Below are positions 55,869 through 64,000 of a stretch of 64,000 bases of DNA, in pieces. The position numbers were made by a program, and so were the translations under genes. Source of the stretch: a virus (taxonomy: Duplodnaviria; Caudoviricetes); the IMG/VR virus record IMGVR_UViG_3300020578_000064, positions 1,725 to 65,724 of that record, one strand, 5' to 3'. Below the pieces are notes generated by a model. That model was not told where the DNA came from and did not search any database. It saw only the letters and a list, made by a program, of their open reading frames with translations. The first letter of the stretch is position 1. Each line of letters opens with the position of its first letter.

Positions 55869-56441
55869 ATGAACCTCTTCGTAGTCGATCGCGACCCGGT
55901 CAGGGCGGCAGAGTGCCTGCCCTCCAAGCTTGTGGTCAAGATGCCCCTGGAGACGTGCCAGATGCTGGCCGTCAACATGGGGCCTCTCTATCTCGACTGG
56001 GGGCAGCTCCGCCGGAAGGACGGCCTGCCGTACGGCCACAAGGGCTTCCGCAACCACCCGAGCACGGTGTGGGGGCGCGAGCGGCCCGAGAACGCGGCGT
56101 GGATGATAACTCACGGCCTCGCCCTCTGCGGCGAGTACCTCCGACGCTACGGGAAGCTCCACGCGTGCTTCGTCGGCCTGACCGACGCGAGGCGACTATT
56201 CGAGACGAACACGGGCCTCGCCCTCTCGGCGTGGCGCGAGGTGCAGACCTTCGCGCGGGCGATGCCGGAGGAGTTAAAGTTCGACCGCGCCATCGACGAC
56301 GTGACTGCGTACCGTCGTTACGTAAATGGGCACAAGCACTACGCAGAGTGGAAACGCCGCCCGGAGGCCAAGCCCTCCTGGTGGGATGAAGAACTATTCT
56401 CCCGATGTCTATCACGGACCACCGCGACCCGTACAAGTTGA
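55869..56441 (+). CDS. pyrimidine-dimer DNA glycosylase family protein
   Basis: MNLFVVD.DP..AA...VVKMPLETCQML...NHPSTVW...HGLALC.EY..RYGKLH. Confidence 0.75.
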   Translation: MNLFVVDRDPVRAAECLPSKLVVKMPLETCQMLAVNMGPLYLDWGQLRRKDGLPYGHKGFRNHPSTVWGRERPENAAWMITHGLALCGEYLRRYGKLHACFVGLTDARRLFETNTGLALSAWREVQTFARAMPEELKFDRAIDDVTAYRRYVNGHKHYAEWKRRPEAKPSWWDEELFSRCLSRTTATRTS

Positions 56442-57382
56442 ACGGCTCGTTCGAGTACCCCGAGTACTACGAGCGCTTCCAGAAGGCCATAGCGTCCGTG
56501 TGGAGGCCCGAGGAGGTCTCCATGGCGCACGACGTCTACGACTGGCAGGAGGCCACGCCCGAGGAGAAGGCCGTCATCGGCGGCATCCTCCGCGGCTTCA
56601 CGCAGCTCGAGCTGCACGTCGCCTGCTACTGGGGCGACGTCATCACGAGGCTGTTCCCGAAGCACGAGGTCCACGCGATGGCGCGGGCCTTCAGCTCTAG
56701 CGAGGCCGTCCACGCCGCCGCCTACTCGCACCTGTCCGACACCCTCGGGCTCGACGAGTTCGAGGCCTTCCTCGGCGACCCCGCCGCGAGGGCGAAGATC
56801 GACTACTTCGTCAACCAGGCCGACCCCATCGTCTCGCTGGGCGTGTTCAGCGGCGCCGGCGAGGGCGTCAGCCTGTTCTCGTCGTTCGCGGCGCTTCTAT
56901 CGTTCAATCTCGACGGGAGGTTCAAGGGTGTCGCGCAGATCATCTCGTGGTCGGCCCTCGACGAGCAGCAGCACTCCGACGGCGGGTGCTCCCTCTTCCG
57001 CGAGCTCGACCGCGAGGGCCGGGTCACCGCGGAGCAGAAGGCCGCCGTCGTGGCAGGATTTGAGGCGGTCCTCGCTAACGAGGACGCCTTCCTCAAGAAG
57101 ATCTTCAACGGGTACCAGCTCAAATGTATCCATCGGGAAGACCTTTGGCATTATCTTCGCCACAGGGCTAATGACCGCCTTCGCCTGCTGGGCGTTGACC
57201 ACTCCTTCGAATACGACCGAGCTAAGGCGGACAGCATCCGCCGCTGGTTCGAGCCGGTTCTGAAGGGGCAGGTGTCCAACGATTTCTTCGCCCTCCAGAA
57301 GGAGGGCAGCATGTACGTAGCAAAACCATCACAAGCGTTCGAGCGAGTCAATTGGAAGACACTGGATCTGGAGCTGGCGTGA
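56405..57382 (+). CDS. nrdB: class I ribonucleotide reductase beta subunit
   Basis: WRPEEV, FTQLE, EAVHAAAY, EGVSLFSSF, DEQQH, DFF. Confidence 0.93.
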   Translation: MSITDHRDPYKLNGSFEYPEYYERFQKAIASVWRPEEVSMAHDVYDWQEATPEEKAVIGGILRGFTQLELHVACYWGDVITRLFPKHEVHAMARAFSSSEAVHAAAYSHLSDTLGLDEFEAFLGDPAARAKIDYFVNQADPIVSLGVFSGAGEGVSLFSSFAALLSFNLDGRFKGVAQIISWSALDEQQHSDGGCSLFRELDREGRVTAEQKAAVVAGFEAVLANEDAFLKKIFNGYQLKCIHREDLWHYLRHRANDRLRLLGVDHSFEYDRAKADSIRRWFEPVLKGQVSNDFFALQKEGSMYVAKPSQAFERVNWKTLDLELA

Positions 57383-59280
57383 TCGAGGCGCAGGTTCCCG
57401 AATGGCTGAACGAGGAGGGCCTCGAGACCCTCTCGCGAGGCTACCTCTACCAGGGCGAAACGCCGCGCGGCATGCACCGCAGGCTCGCGTCCTACGCCGC
57501 CAAGATCCTCGACCGCCCCGACCTTGAGGCCGACTTCTTCGAGATCTTCTGGCGAGGCTGGCTCGGCCCCGCGACGCCTGTGGCGTCGAACTTCGGCACG
57601 AACCGCGGCCTGCCCATTTCCTGCTATTCGGTCCACCTCGGGGATAGTGTCAACTCCATCTACTCGCACCTCAAGGAGGTGGCCCAGCTCTCGAAGAATG
57701 GGGGCGGTGTGGGCGTCTATCTTGGCGACGTTCGCCCTAGTGGCAGCCCCATCAGCTCCGGAGGGAAGTCGACGGGCGTTGTCCCCTGGGCACAGCAGTA
57801 CGATCTTGCGTCGCGTGTTGTCTCTCAGGGTGGCGTTCGGCGTGGCTCATTCGCGATCTACCTCCCGATAGACCACCCCGACGTCCCCGAGCTGTTGCAG
57901 GCCAAGGACCACTCGAAGGGCGACCCGCGGCGCTTCATCGACTCGAACATCGGCCTGACGGTCACCGACGAGTGGATCGAGTCCATGCTCGCCGGCGACG
58001 AGGGGAAGCAGGAGCTCTTCAGCGAGGTCCTGAAGACCCGCCTGATCAGCGGTTCGCCGTACATCGTCTACATCGACAACGTCAACCGGCAGAACCCCGA
58101 CTGCTACAAGCAGCGGGGGCTCGAGGTTTCGACGTCCAACCTCTGCAGCGAGATCACGCTGCACACCGACGACGACCACACCTTCGTGTGCGTCCTGTCC
58201 TCACTCAACCTGGCGAAGTACGACGAATGGCGGGAATGGCGTGGTACGTCCTCTCTCAGCGTGCCGCAACTTTCGATCTACTTCCTCGACGCGGTCGTCG
58301 GGGACTTCATCCACAAGGCGGGCCGCATCAGGAGCATGGGCCGGTCCGTCCGGTTCGCCAAGAAGTCCAGGGCACTTGGCCTGGGCACGATGGGCTTGCA
58401 CTTGCTCTACCAGCGGCGTGGTCTGCCCTTCGCCTCCGACGGCGCCCGTGAGCTCAACGTCGAGGTCCACCGCTTCATCAAGGAGGAGGCGGTCAAAGCC
58501 AGCCAGCAGCTGGCCAGGGACTTCGGCGAGCCCGAGTGGTGCGCCGGGTCCGGCATGCGCCACACCCACCTGCTCGCGGTGGCCCCGACGCGCACGAACT
58601 CCGTGATCAGCGGCGCGTTTTCACAGGGCATCGAGCCGATCGACGCGAACTACTTCGTGGCCAAGCAGGCCAAGGGCACGTTCGTCCGCAAGAACCCGAT
58701 GCTCGAGGAGATCTTCTGCAGGAAGGGCATCAAGGAGACCGTCTGGGATCACATCCTCGAGGAGAAGGGCTCCGTCCAGAAGCTCGACTGCCTGACCGCC
58801 GAGGAGAAGGAGGTGTTCCGCACCGCCCGCGAGATCGACCAGTTCGAGATCGTGAAGCAGGCCGCGGACCGGACGCCGTACGTGTGCCAGGCCCAGTCGC
58901 TCAACCTGTTCGTCGACCCGGAGATCCCGGCCGAGGAGCTGGTCAGGCTGCACCTGGCCGCGTGGAAGAACGGTGTCAAGTCGCTGTACTACCTCCGGAG
59001 CACGTCGCTCGTGGCCAAGAAAGATTCGTCCGCGCCCCGGGCGAAGATAATCACCCGTGACGACTGTCCCTACTGCAAGAAGCTCAAGGCGCAACTCAAG
59101 AGAGACGGCGTCACCTACCACGAGATCGACAGGTCCGTGGTCGAGGAGTTCCCTTACAAGACCGTCCCCCAGGTGTGGGTCGACGGCGAGCACGTGGGCG
59201 GCTACACCGACTACATGCAGAGATTTCATGCTGACAACGGCTCCGGCGGCGAGAATGAGTGCAAAGCCTGTGAGGGGTAG
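57379..59280 (+). CDS. nrdA: class I ribonucleotide reductase alpha subunit with fused glutaredoxin
   Basis: GTG 57379; GLPISC, SNLCSEI, VCVLSSLNL, APTRTNS, SLYYLRS; then CPYC...TVPQVWVDGEHVGGY and a terminal CKAC. Confidence 0.93.
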   Translation: MIEAQVPEWLNEEGLETLSRGYLYQGETPRGMHRRLASYAAKILDRPDLEADFFEIFWRGWLGPATPVASNFGTNRGLPISCYSVHLGDSVNSIYSHLKEVAQLSKNGGGVGVYLGDVRPSGSPISSGGKSTGVVPWAQQYDLASRVVSQGGVRRGSFAIYLPIDHPDVPELLQAKDHSKGDPRRFIDSNIGLTVTDEWIESMLAGDEGKQELFSEVLKTRLISGSPYIVYIDNVNRQNPDCYKQRGLEVSTSNLCSEITLHTDDDHTFVCVLSSLNLAKYDEWREWRGTSSLSVPQLSIYFLDAVVGDFIHKAGRIRSMGRSVRFAKKSRALGLGTMGLHLLYQRRGLPFASDGARELNVEVHRFIKEEAVKASQQLARDFGEPEWCAGSGMRHTHLLAVAPTRTNSVISGAFSQGIEPIDANYFVAKQAKGTFVRKNPMLEEIFCRKGIKETVWDHILEEKGSVQKLDCLTAEEKEVFRTAREIDQFEIVKQAADRTPYVCQAQSLNLFVDPEIPAEELVRLHLAAWKNGVKSLYYLRSTSLVAKKDSSAPRAKIITRDDCPYCKKLKAQLKRDGVTYHEIDRSVVEEFPYKTVPQVWVDGEHVGGYTDYMQRFHADNGSGGENECKACEG

Positions 59281-59305
59281 GGGCTGGAAGCCGCTGAACA
59301 GGCGC

Positions 59306-60004
59306 ATGGGCCTGCAGCCTGGCGACTCCCTGCCAGACCGTCGGAAGGACCGGCGCAAGAAGTACCCGCCGCTGACCGCCGAGCAGCAGAGGCTGGTCGA
59401 GGAGCACCGCTGGATCGCGGGCCGCCTGGCCCACAGCGCGAAGGCGATGACCGGCGGCTACACCGGCTGCTTCTCGCGGCAGGATCTCGAGTCCGTGGCC
59501 TACTTCGCCCTGTGCGTGGCCGCGACCCGGTTCGACCCGTCGCTGGGCTGGAAGTTCAGCACGTTCGCGTGGAACACCGCGCGCGGCTACATCCAGCACG
59601 CGCTCCGCGACCACAGCCGCATGGTCCGCGTCCCGCGCTGGATCATGCCGATCCGGGCGGAGGTGCGGCAGATGCTCGTCGACGGCTCGACCTACGACGA
59701 GATCGGCGAGGAGCTCGGCCTGACGCACCAGCAGGTGCTCATGTGCGAGGAGTCTTGGCAGGAGATCCACTCCTCCTACGACCACACACCCGACGAGTGG
59801 CGCCCGAAGGAGTTCATCTACGAGATCGACGAGGCCCGCGCCATGATCGGCGAGGAGGTGCTCCAGGCGCTAGGGAACCTGCCCGACCAGGACCTCGAGC
59901 TGCTGCTCGCGCACGTCGAGGGCCTGCTCGAGGACGAGCGGGAGATCGCCAGGGCCGACGAGCTGCTCAAGTACCTGCGGGCGATCGTCGCCGAGCACGG
60001 GTAA
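59306..60004 (+). CDS. SigF/SigB-like RNA polymerase sigma factor
   Basis: QDLESVA..ALC.AATRFDPSLGWKFSTFA...RGYIQHALRDHSRMVRVPR; TYDEIGEELG. Start uncertain. Confidence 0.85.
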   Translation: MGLQPGDSLPDRRKDRRKKYPPLTAEQQRLVEEHRWIAGRLAHSAKAMTGGYTGCFSRQDLESVAYFALCVAATRFDPSLGWKFSTFAWNTARGYIQHALRDHSRMVRVPRWIMPIRAEVRQMLVDGSTYDEIGEELGLTHQQVLMCEESWQEIHSSYDHTPDEWRPKEFIYEIDEARAMIGEEVLQALGNLPDQDLELLLAHVEGLLEDEREIARADELLKYLRAIVAEHG

Positions 60005-60103
60005 GAACTCGCGTCGCCGGGCCCGCCCCGTCGGCGCTAAAGCATTGGAAACAGGGCCCGCCCGCCGGGTAAAACCCCCACAAATAGAGGCATCCGCACG
60101 CTG

Positions 60104-62614
60104 ATGGCGACTGTACGCATCTCTCAATTAACCGCAATCACGGCGCCCACGGATGATGACGTACTCATCATCAACGACGCCGACACGAACACGCGAAAGA
60201 TCACGTTCGCGAACCTGACCCAGAACCTGGTCAACACCACCGCCGCGACCCAGACCAAGTCCGGCGCGTTCACGGTCAACGGGACGCTGACCGCGGGCGG
60301 CAACTTCGTCGTAGACACCAATACCTTCTTCGTCGACGCCACCTCGAACCGCGTCGGCGTGCGGACGATCTCGCCGAACACCGAGCTCGACATCGACGGC
60401 ACGGTCCACATCCGCAACAGCAACACGCTGCAGTTCGGCGACGCCAACGACTCCAACTACGTGAGCCTGGGCGCCCCCAGCGTGATCGCCGCCAACTTTG
60501 CGCTTACCCTCCCGGCCGCGCTGCCCTCGGCGAACAACCTCGTCTGGTCCAGCAACTCCGGTCAGCTCGGCTACACCGCCGGCATCGCCTACGACAGCGG
60601 CACCCAGGCGATGAGCCTCGGCCAGGCTTACTTCACCAACCAGGGCTCGGTCCGCTTCTACGAGCAGAGCGTCAACGGCTCCGATTACGTGGGCTTCACC
60701 GCCCCGGCCAACCTCTCCTCGACCACGGGCTACACGCTCCCCTCGACGTACCCCGCCGCCAGCGGCCACGTTCTCGCCTCCACGACCGGCGGCGTCCTCT
60801 CCTGGGTCAGCAACGGTGCCGGCGCGGCCGGCAACGCCGGCGACGTGCAGTTCAGCGACGGCGCCACGCTGACCGCCAACAGCAACTTCAACTTCAACAA
60901 CGGCAGCCAGACCCTCAGCGTGCCGAACGTGAGCGTCGGCGCCCTGCTCGAGGCCAACGGCAACGTCTACCTCGGCAACAGCTCCGGCGACGACATCCAG
61001 GTCAACGGCTCGATCGCGACCGACGTGCTGCCCAAGACCACGGGCACCCTGGACCTCGGCTCCAACCTGCTCCACTACGCGCAGGCCCACGTCGACGACC
61101 TCTACGTCTACGGCAGCGTCGAGCTCGGCAACGCGCTGAGCGACACCGTCGGGATCAACGGCGTGGTCGACTCCAACATCGTCCCCGACGCCTCGCTCTC
61201 GCGCAACCTGGGCTCGCTGACGAACTACTGGAACACGCTGTACCTCCAGACGCTCGAGCTCGCCGGCAACGCGACCCTCGGCAATAACGCGGGCGACCTG
61301 ATCACCTTCAACGGCGAGATCACCGGCAACCTGATCCCGAACACGACGAACACGATAAGCCTGGGCAGCGCGACGCGCATCCTGGCGAACGTCCACACGA
61401 ACCAGCTGAGCACCTACGGCACCACAACCCTCGGCGATACGAACGCCGACTCCGTCGTGATCAACGGTGTGCTCCAGAGCAACCTGGTTCCCTCCGGCTC
61501 GTTCACCCTCGGCACCACGGGCAGCCGCTGGTCACAGGTGAACGCCGCCTCCGGCGACTTCTCCGGCACCGTGGCGGCCAACGCCATCAACGTCACATCC
61601 CAGATCGACCTCGGCACGTCGCTGATCAGGCCGGTCGCCCCGAGCAGCCACGGCCCCGGGCCCCTCACCAACGAGGTGGTGTTCGAGTTCAACGCCGCCA
61701 CCGGCCAGGGCGCCATCGTCGAGTGCCTGCTGGTGGACTCGGCCAACAACGACGTCTACATGGCGACGTTCACGATCCTGCACGACGGCGCGTCGGCCTA
61801 CATCTCCAGCGGCTCCGGCGTCATCGCCGACGGCTGGGGCGGCACAAACCCGACCTTCAACGCCAACTACAGCGCGGGCACGGGCCCCGGCGGCGCCGAC
61901 ATGCTGCAGCTGCGCTGCTCCACGGCGGATGCCATCAGCTACAGCTTCGCCGGAAGCGTGCGCATCTTCGACGGCCTCGTCGGCCCCGCGATCACGATCG
62001 TGACGCAGCCTGTGAACGTGTCGATCGTCGAGGGCGACGTCCCGGCCGTGTTCAACACGACCGCCATCACCAACGACAGCGGCACGATCAGCTACCAATG
62101 GCAGGTTGACGACGGCGTCAACCCGATCACCAACCTGACGAACGTCGCGCCGTACTCCAACGTCACCACCTCCGTGCTGACCGTGACGACTACGAGCACC
62201 GCGGAGAACGGCTACCAGTACCGCTGCCGCGTGTCGAGCAGTGGCACCGCGTCGCCCGCGTTCACGAACCTCGTGAACCTGAACGTTGCCGCCGCGGCGA
62301 TCACCGTGACCACGAGTCCCGTGAACGCGACCGTCGCCACCGGCAGCCCCCACACCTTCACGGCGGCGGGCACAACCAACGAGACCCTGGCCACCGTCAC
62401 CTTCCAGTGGGAGGTGGACACGGGCTCCGGCTTCGCCCCGGTCCTCAACGGCGGCACGGGCGGCGGCGGCAACTACAGCGGCGCCACCACGAGCTCTTTG
62501 GCGATCGACGACGTCACCGGCCTCAACGGTGACATCTACCGCTGCGTGATCACCTCCACCTCCGCCATCGCGCCGACGGCCAACACGGCCTCCGCGACGC
62601 TGACGGTCGTCTGA
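60104..62614 (+). CDS. fibre/adhesin-like virion protein with C-terminal Ig-like domains
   Basis: VRISQL N-terminus, TFFVDATSNRVGV, LG...D...NG...IP repeats, two ITI.TQP...YQWQ...YRC.V Ig-like repeats. Confidence 0.78.
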   Translation: MATVRISQLTAITAPTDDDVLIINDADTNTRKITFANLTQNLVNTTAATQTKSGAFTVNGTLTAGGNFVVDTNTFFVDATSNRVGVRTISPNTELDIDGTVHIRNSNTLQFGDANDSNYVSLGAPSVIAANFALTLPAALPSANNLVWSSNSGQLGYTAGIAYDSGTQAMSLGQAYFTNQGSVRFYEQSVNGSDYVGFTAPANLSSTTGYTLPSTYPAASGHVLASTTGGVLSWVSNGAGAAGNAGDVQFSDGATLTANSNFNFNNGSQTLSVPNVSVGALLEANGNVYLGNSSGDDIQVNGSIATDVLPKTTGTLDLGSNLLHYAQAHVDDLYVYGSVELGNALSDTVGINGVVDSNIVPDASLSRNLGSLTNYWNTLYLQTLELAGNATLGNNAGDLITFNGEITGNLIPNTTNTISLGSATRILANVHTNQLSTYGTTTLGDTNADSVVINGVLQSNLVPSGSFTLGTTGSRWSQVNAASGDFSGTVAANAINVTSQIDLGTSLIRPVAPSSHGPGPLTNEVVFEFNAATGQGAIVECLLVDSANNDVYMATFTILHDGASAYISSGSGVIADGWGGTNPTFNANYSAGTGPGGADMLQLRCSTADAISYSFAGSVRIFDGLVGPAITIVTQPVNVSIVEGDVPAVFNTTAITNDSGTISYQWQVDDGVNPITNLTNVAPYSNVTTSVLTVTTTSTAENGYQYRCRVSSSGTASPAFTNLVNLNVAAAAITVTTSPVNATVATGSPHTFTAAGTTNETLATVTFQWEVDTGSGFAPVLNGGTGGGGNYSGATTSSLAIDDVTGLNGDIYRCVITSTSAIAPTANTASATLTVV

Positions 62615-62682
62615 CCCTGAGTGCACGGCCGGGTGGGCCCGTCTAAGATAGGTCCGGCCCGGCCAATACCAACTCTGTTAAA

Positions 62683-62871
62683 ATGGACACCAAGCAAAAC
62701 CTCGCGAACCTGATCGACGCCTACGCCGCGGCCAAGGGCACCAACAACGAGACCCTGATCCGCCTGTCGGTTGCCCAGCTCCAGGACTTCCTGGCGCACC
62801 ACGACGTGGTCCCACTCGGAGACGTCAATGAGCAAGTGCAGGATACTGAAGGAGCAGGTGTGGCCGGATGA
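62683..62871 (+). CDS. hypothetical protein
   Basis: 62 aa; LIDAYAAAK...N..LI. Confidence 0.6.
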   Translation: MDTKQNLANLIDAYAAAKGTNNETLIRLSVAQLQDFLAHHDVVPLGDVNEQVQDTEGAGVAG

Positions 62872-63058
62872 GGTCCACCCGCGACAGCTGACGAACGACT
62901 GCTTCTTCGTCCACAGGGCGGACGGGCAGGTCGACATAGCCCGGGCTGGTAAGATGGTCGAGATCTTCGACGTCTACCACGACCTGGGCATCTTACTTAG
63001 AAGGATACAGCACGCCGGCGGGCGGCGCAACCCAAAGTTCCAGGAGCCGGAGGTCTAG
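62828..63058 (+). CDS. cyanophage-type hypothetical protein
   Basis: Start ATG 62828; DIARA.KMVEIFD.YHD...GG.RNPK. Confidence 0.65.
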   Translation: MSKCRILKEQVWPDEVHPRQLTNDCFFVHRADGQVDIARAGKMVEIFDVYHDLGILLRRIQHAGGRRNPKFQEPEV

Positions 63059-63062
63059 CCCC

Positions 63063-63260
63063 GTGCCGCGCGAGTGGAATACTCCCAAGCGGGAGGCCTG
63101 GAACGCGCCGATCCACCAGATACTGAAGGCGATCGACGAGCACAACAGGCTGTACTTTGAGGGCCGCGACCCGTGGCACCTCGAGAAGGCGGACGAGCTC
63201 AGGCGCTACCTGCACGAGCTCAAGGCGTGGATTCACCGCCAGGAGGGGCGTGACGGTTGA
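63063..63260 (+). CDS. conserved cyanophage hypothetical protein
   Basis: PREWNTPKREAWNAPIHQILKAIDEH...WHLEKA..LR.YL.ELK.WI. Confidence 0.75.
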   Translation: MPREWNTPKREAWNAPIHQILKAIDEHNRLYFEGRDPWHLEKADELRRYLHELKAWIHRQEGRDG

Positions 63261-63379
63261 AGCACCGTCCTAATGTTTGATTCACGCAACGTTACATTGC
63301 GTAAGATAAGGTCACTGGCGCCGCCGGTGGCCTTTCCTTTTGGCCGTCTGCGGCCCCCTGCTGAAACGGGACGAAACTC

Positions 63380-63480
63380 CTTACCGGGGCTAAGCAGGCT
63401 AAAGACGCCCCTCATGCCGGCCCTAAGGGAGGCCGGGAATACGAACCGCGCGGTCCCTGCCGGGCGCTTCCATATCGATT
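63380..63480 (+). ncRNA. structured psbA 5' leader, PhotoRC-II-like RNA motif candidate
   Basis: Stems GGGGC(63386)/GCCCC(63407) and CCGGCC-CTAAGGGA-GGCCGG (63417-63436) followed by GAATA, upstream of psbA. Family assigned from recollection, not a search. Confidence 0.5.
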
Positions 63481-63484
63481 CTCA

Positions 63485-64000
63485 ATGGCTTCATCTGTAC
63501 TGTCCCGGCGCTCAACTACTTCTGCCTGGGATAACTTCTGCGAGTGGGTGACCTCCACGGACAACCGTCTGTACGTCGGCTGGTTCGGCACCCTGATGAT
63601 TCCGACGCTGCTCGCCGCAACTATTTGCTTCATCGTCGCATTCGTCGCAGCTCCACCCGTTGACATCGACGGGATCCGTGAGCCCGTGGCTGGCTCGCTA
63701 CTCTACGGAAACAACATCATCTCGGGGGCGGTGATCCCGAGCAGCAACGCTATCGGCCTGCACTTCTACCCGATCTGGGAGGCCGCGTCCCTCGACGAGT
63801 GGCTTTACAATGGCGGACCTTTCCAGCTTGTCGTTTTCCACTTTCTCATCGGCATCTACGCTTACATGGGACGGGAGTGGGAACTCTCCTACCGCCTCGG
63901 CATGCGTCCCTGGATCTGCGTTGCTTACAGCGCTCCTGTGGCCGCCGCTTCGGCTGTGTTCCTGGTGTATCCCTTCGGTCAGGGCTCCTTCTCGGACGCC
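63485..64000 (+). CDS. psbA: photosystem II D1 protein (partial, runs off window)
   Basis: [26 protein letters not shown]...[25 protein letters not shown]...[17 protein letters not shown]. Confidence 0.98.
   Translation, partial: MASSVLSRRSTTSAWDNFCEWVTSTDNRLYVGWFGTLMIPTLLAATICFIVAFVAAPPVDIDGIREPVAGSLLYGNNIISGAVIPSSNAIGLHFYPIWEAASLDEWLYNGGPFQLVVFHFLIGIYAYMGREWELSYRLGMRPWICVAYSAPVAAASAVFLVYPFGQGSFSDA

Noticed and set aside
7934-59280. Inteins or introns in TerL, NrdA, helicase or ThyX
   Set aside because: Protein lengths are ordinary, frames are uninterrupted and no intein terminal motifs were noticed.
77-62626. Many long minus-strand or alternate-frame ORFs (e.g. 7541-9760, 23762-26383, 26503-28242, 40809-42368)
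   Set aside because: They are shadows of GC3-biased plus-strand genes, with low-information R/G/V/A-rich translations and no motifs.
63355-63385. CTGCTGA...CGAAAC resembling a hammerhead ribozyme core
   Set aside because: The core deviates from CUGAnGA and no stem II can form between the elements.
1-64000. CRISPR arrays, tRNA/rRNA genes, integrase or transposase
   Set aside because: No regularly spaced repeats, cloverleaf signatures or recombinase motifs were seen by eye, and intergenic gaps are mostly too short. A tRNAscan run would confirm.

Overview
This window is part of a large, GC-rich (roughly two-thirds G+C by eye) tailed cyanophage genome. Almost all genes are on the + strand; only one convincing gene (32189-32938) is on the - strand. 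It contains: modular tail-fibre genes (1-6064, 23177-32192, 60104-62614); terminase and PhoH; a tape-measure/baseplate block; replication and nucleotide genes (exonucleases, P-loop helicase, ThyX, dCMP deaminase, all-alpha dNTPase, NrdB, and NrdA fused to glutaredoxin); two flavin-dependent halogenases; two sigma factors; and host-derived genes (SLH outer-membrane protein, two hli, psbA running off the end). Four signals stand out. (1) A 10.4-23.2 kb cluster whose proteins share an N-terminal DFAxCxRxDGSxYGxxGQCRKG module joined to variable C-termini (three protein kinases, basic coiled-coil proteins and, with a divergent tag, an HNH nuclease); two of the kinases are each followed by a paralogous ~50-aa gene missed by the ORF track. 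This is a candidate virion-packaged polymorphic effector/inhibitor system. (2) A recurrent GGGTAA motif upstream of genes, matching SigF/SigB-type promoters, together with a phage SigF-like sigma factor. (3) A lambda-type G GGA AAG -1 frameshift site in a non-tail gene. (4) A degenerate thymidylate-synthase-fold gene in a pyrimidine-metabolism cluster. All family calls come from motif recognition by eye; no searches were run.
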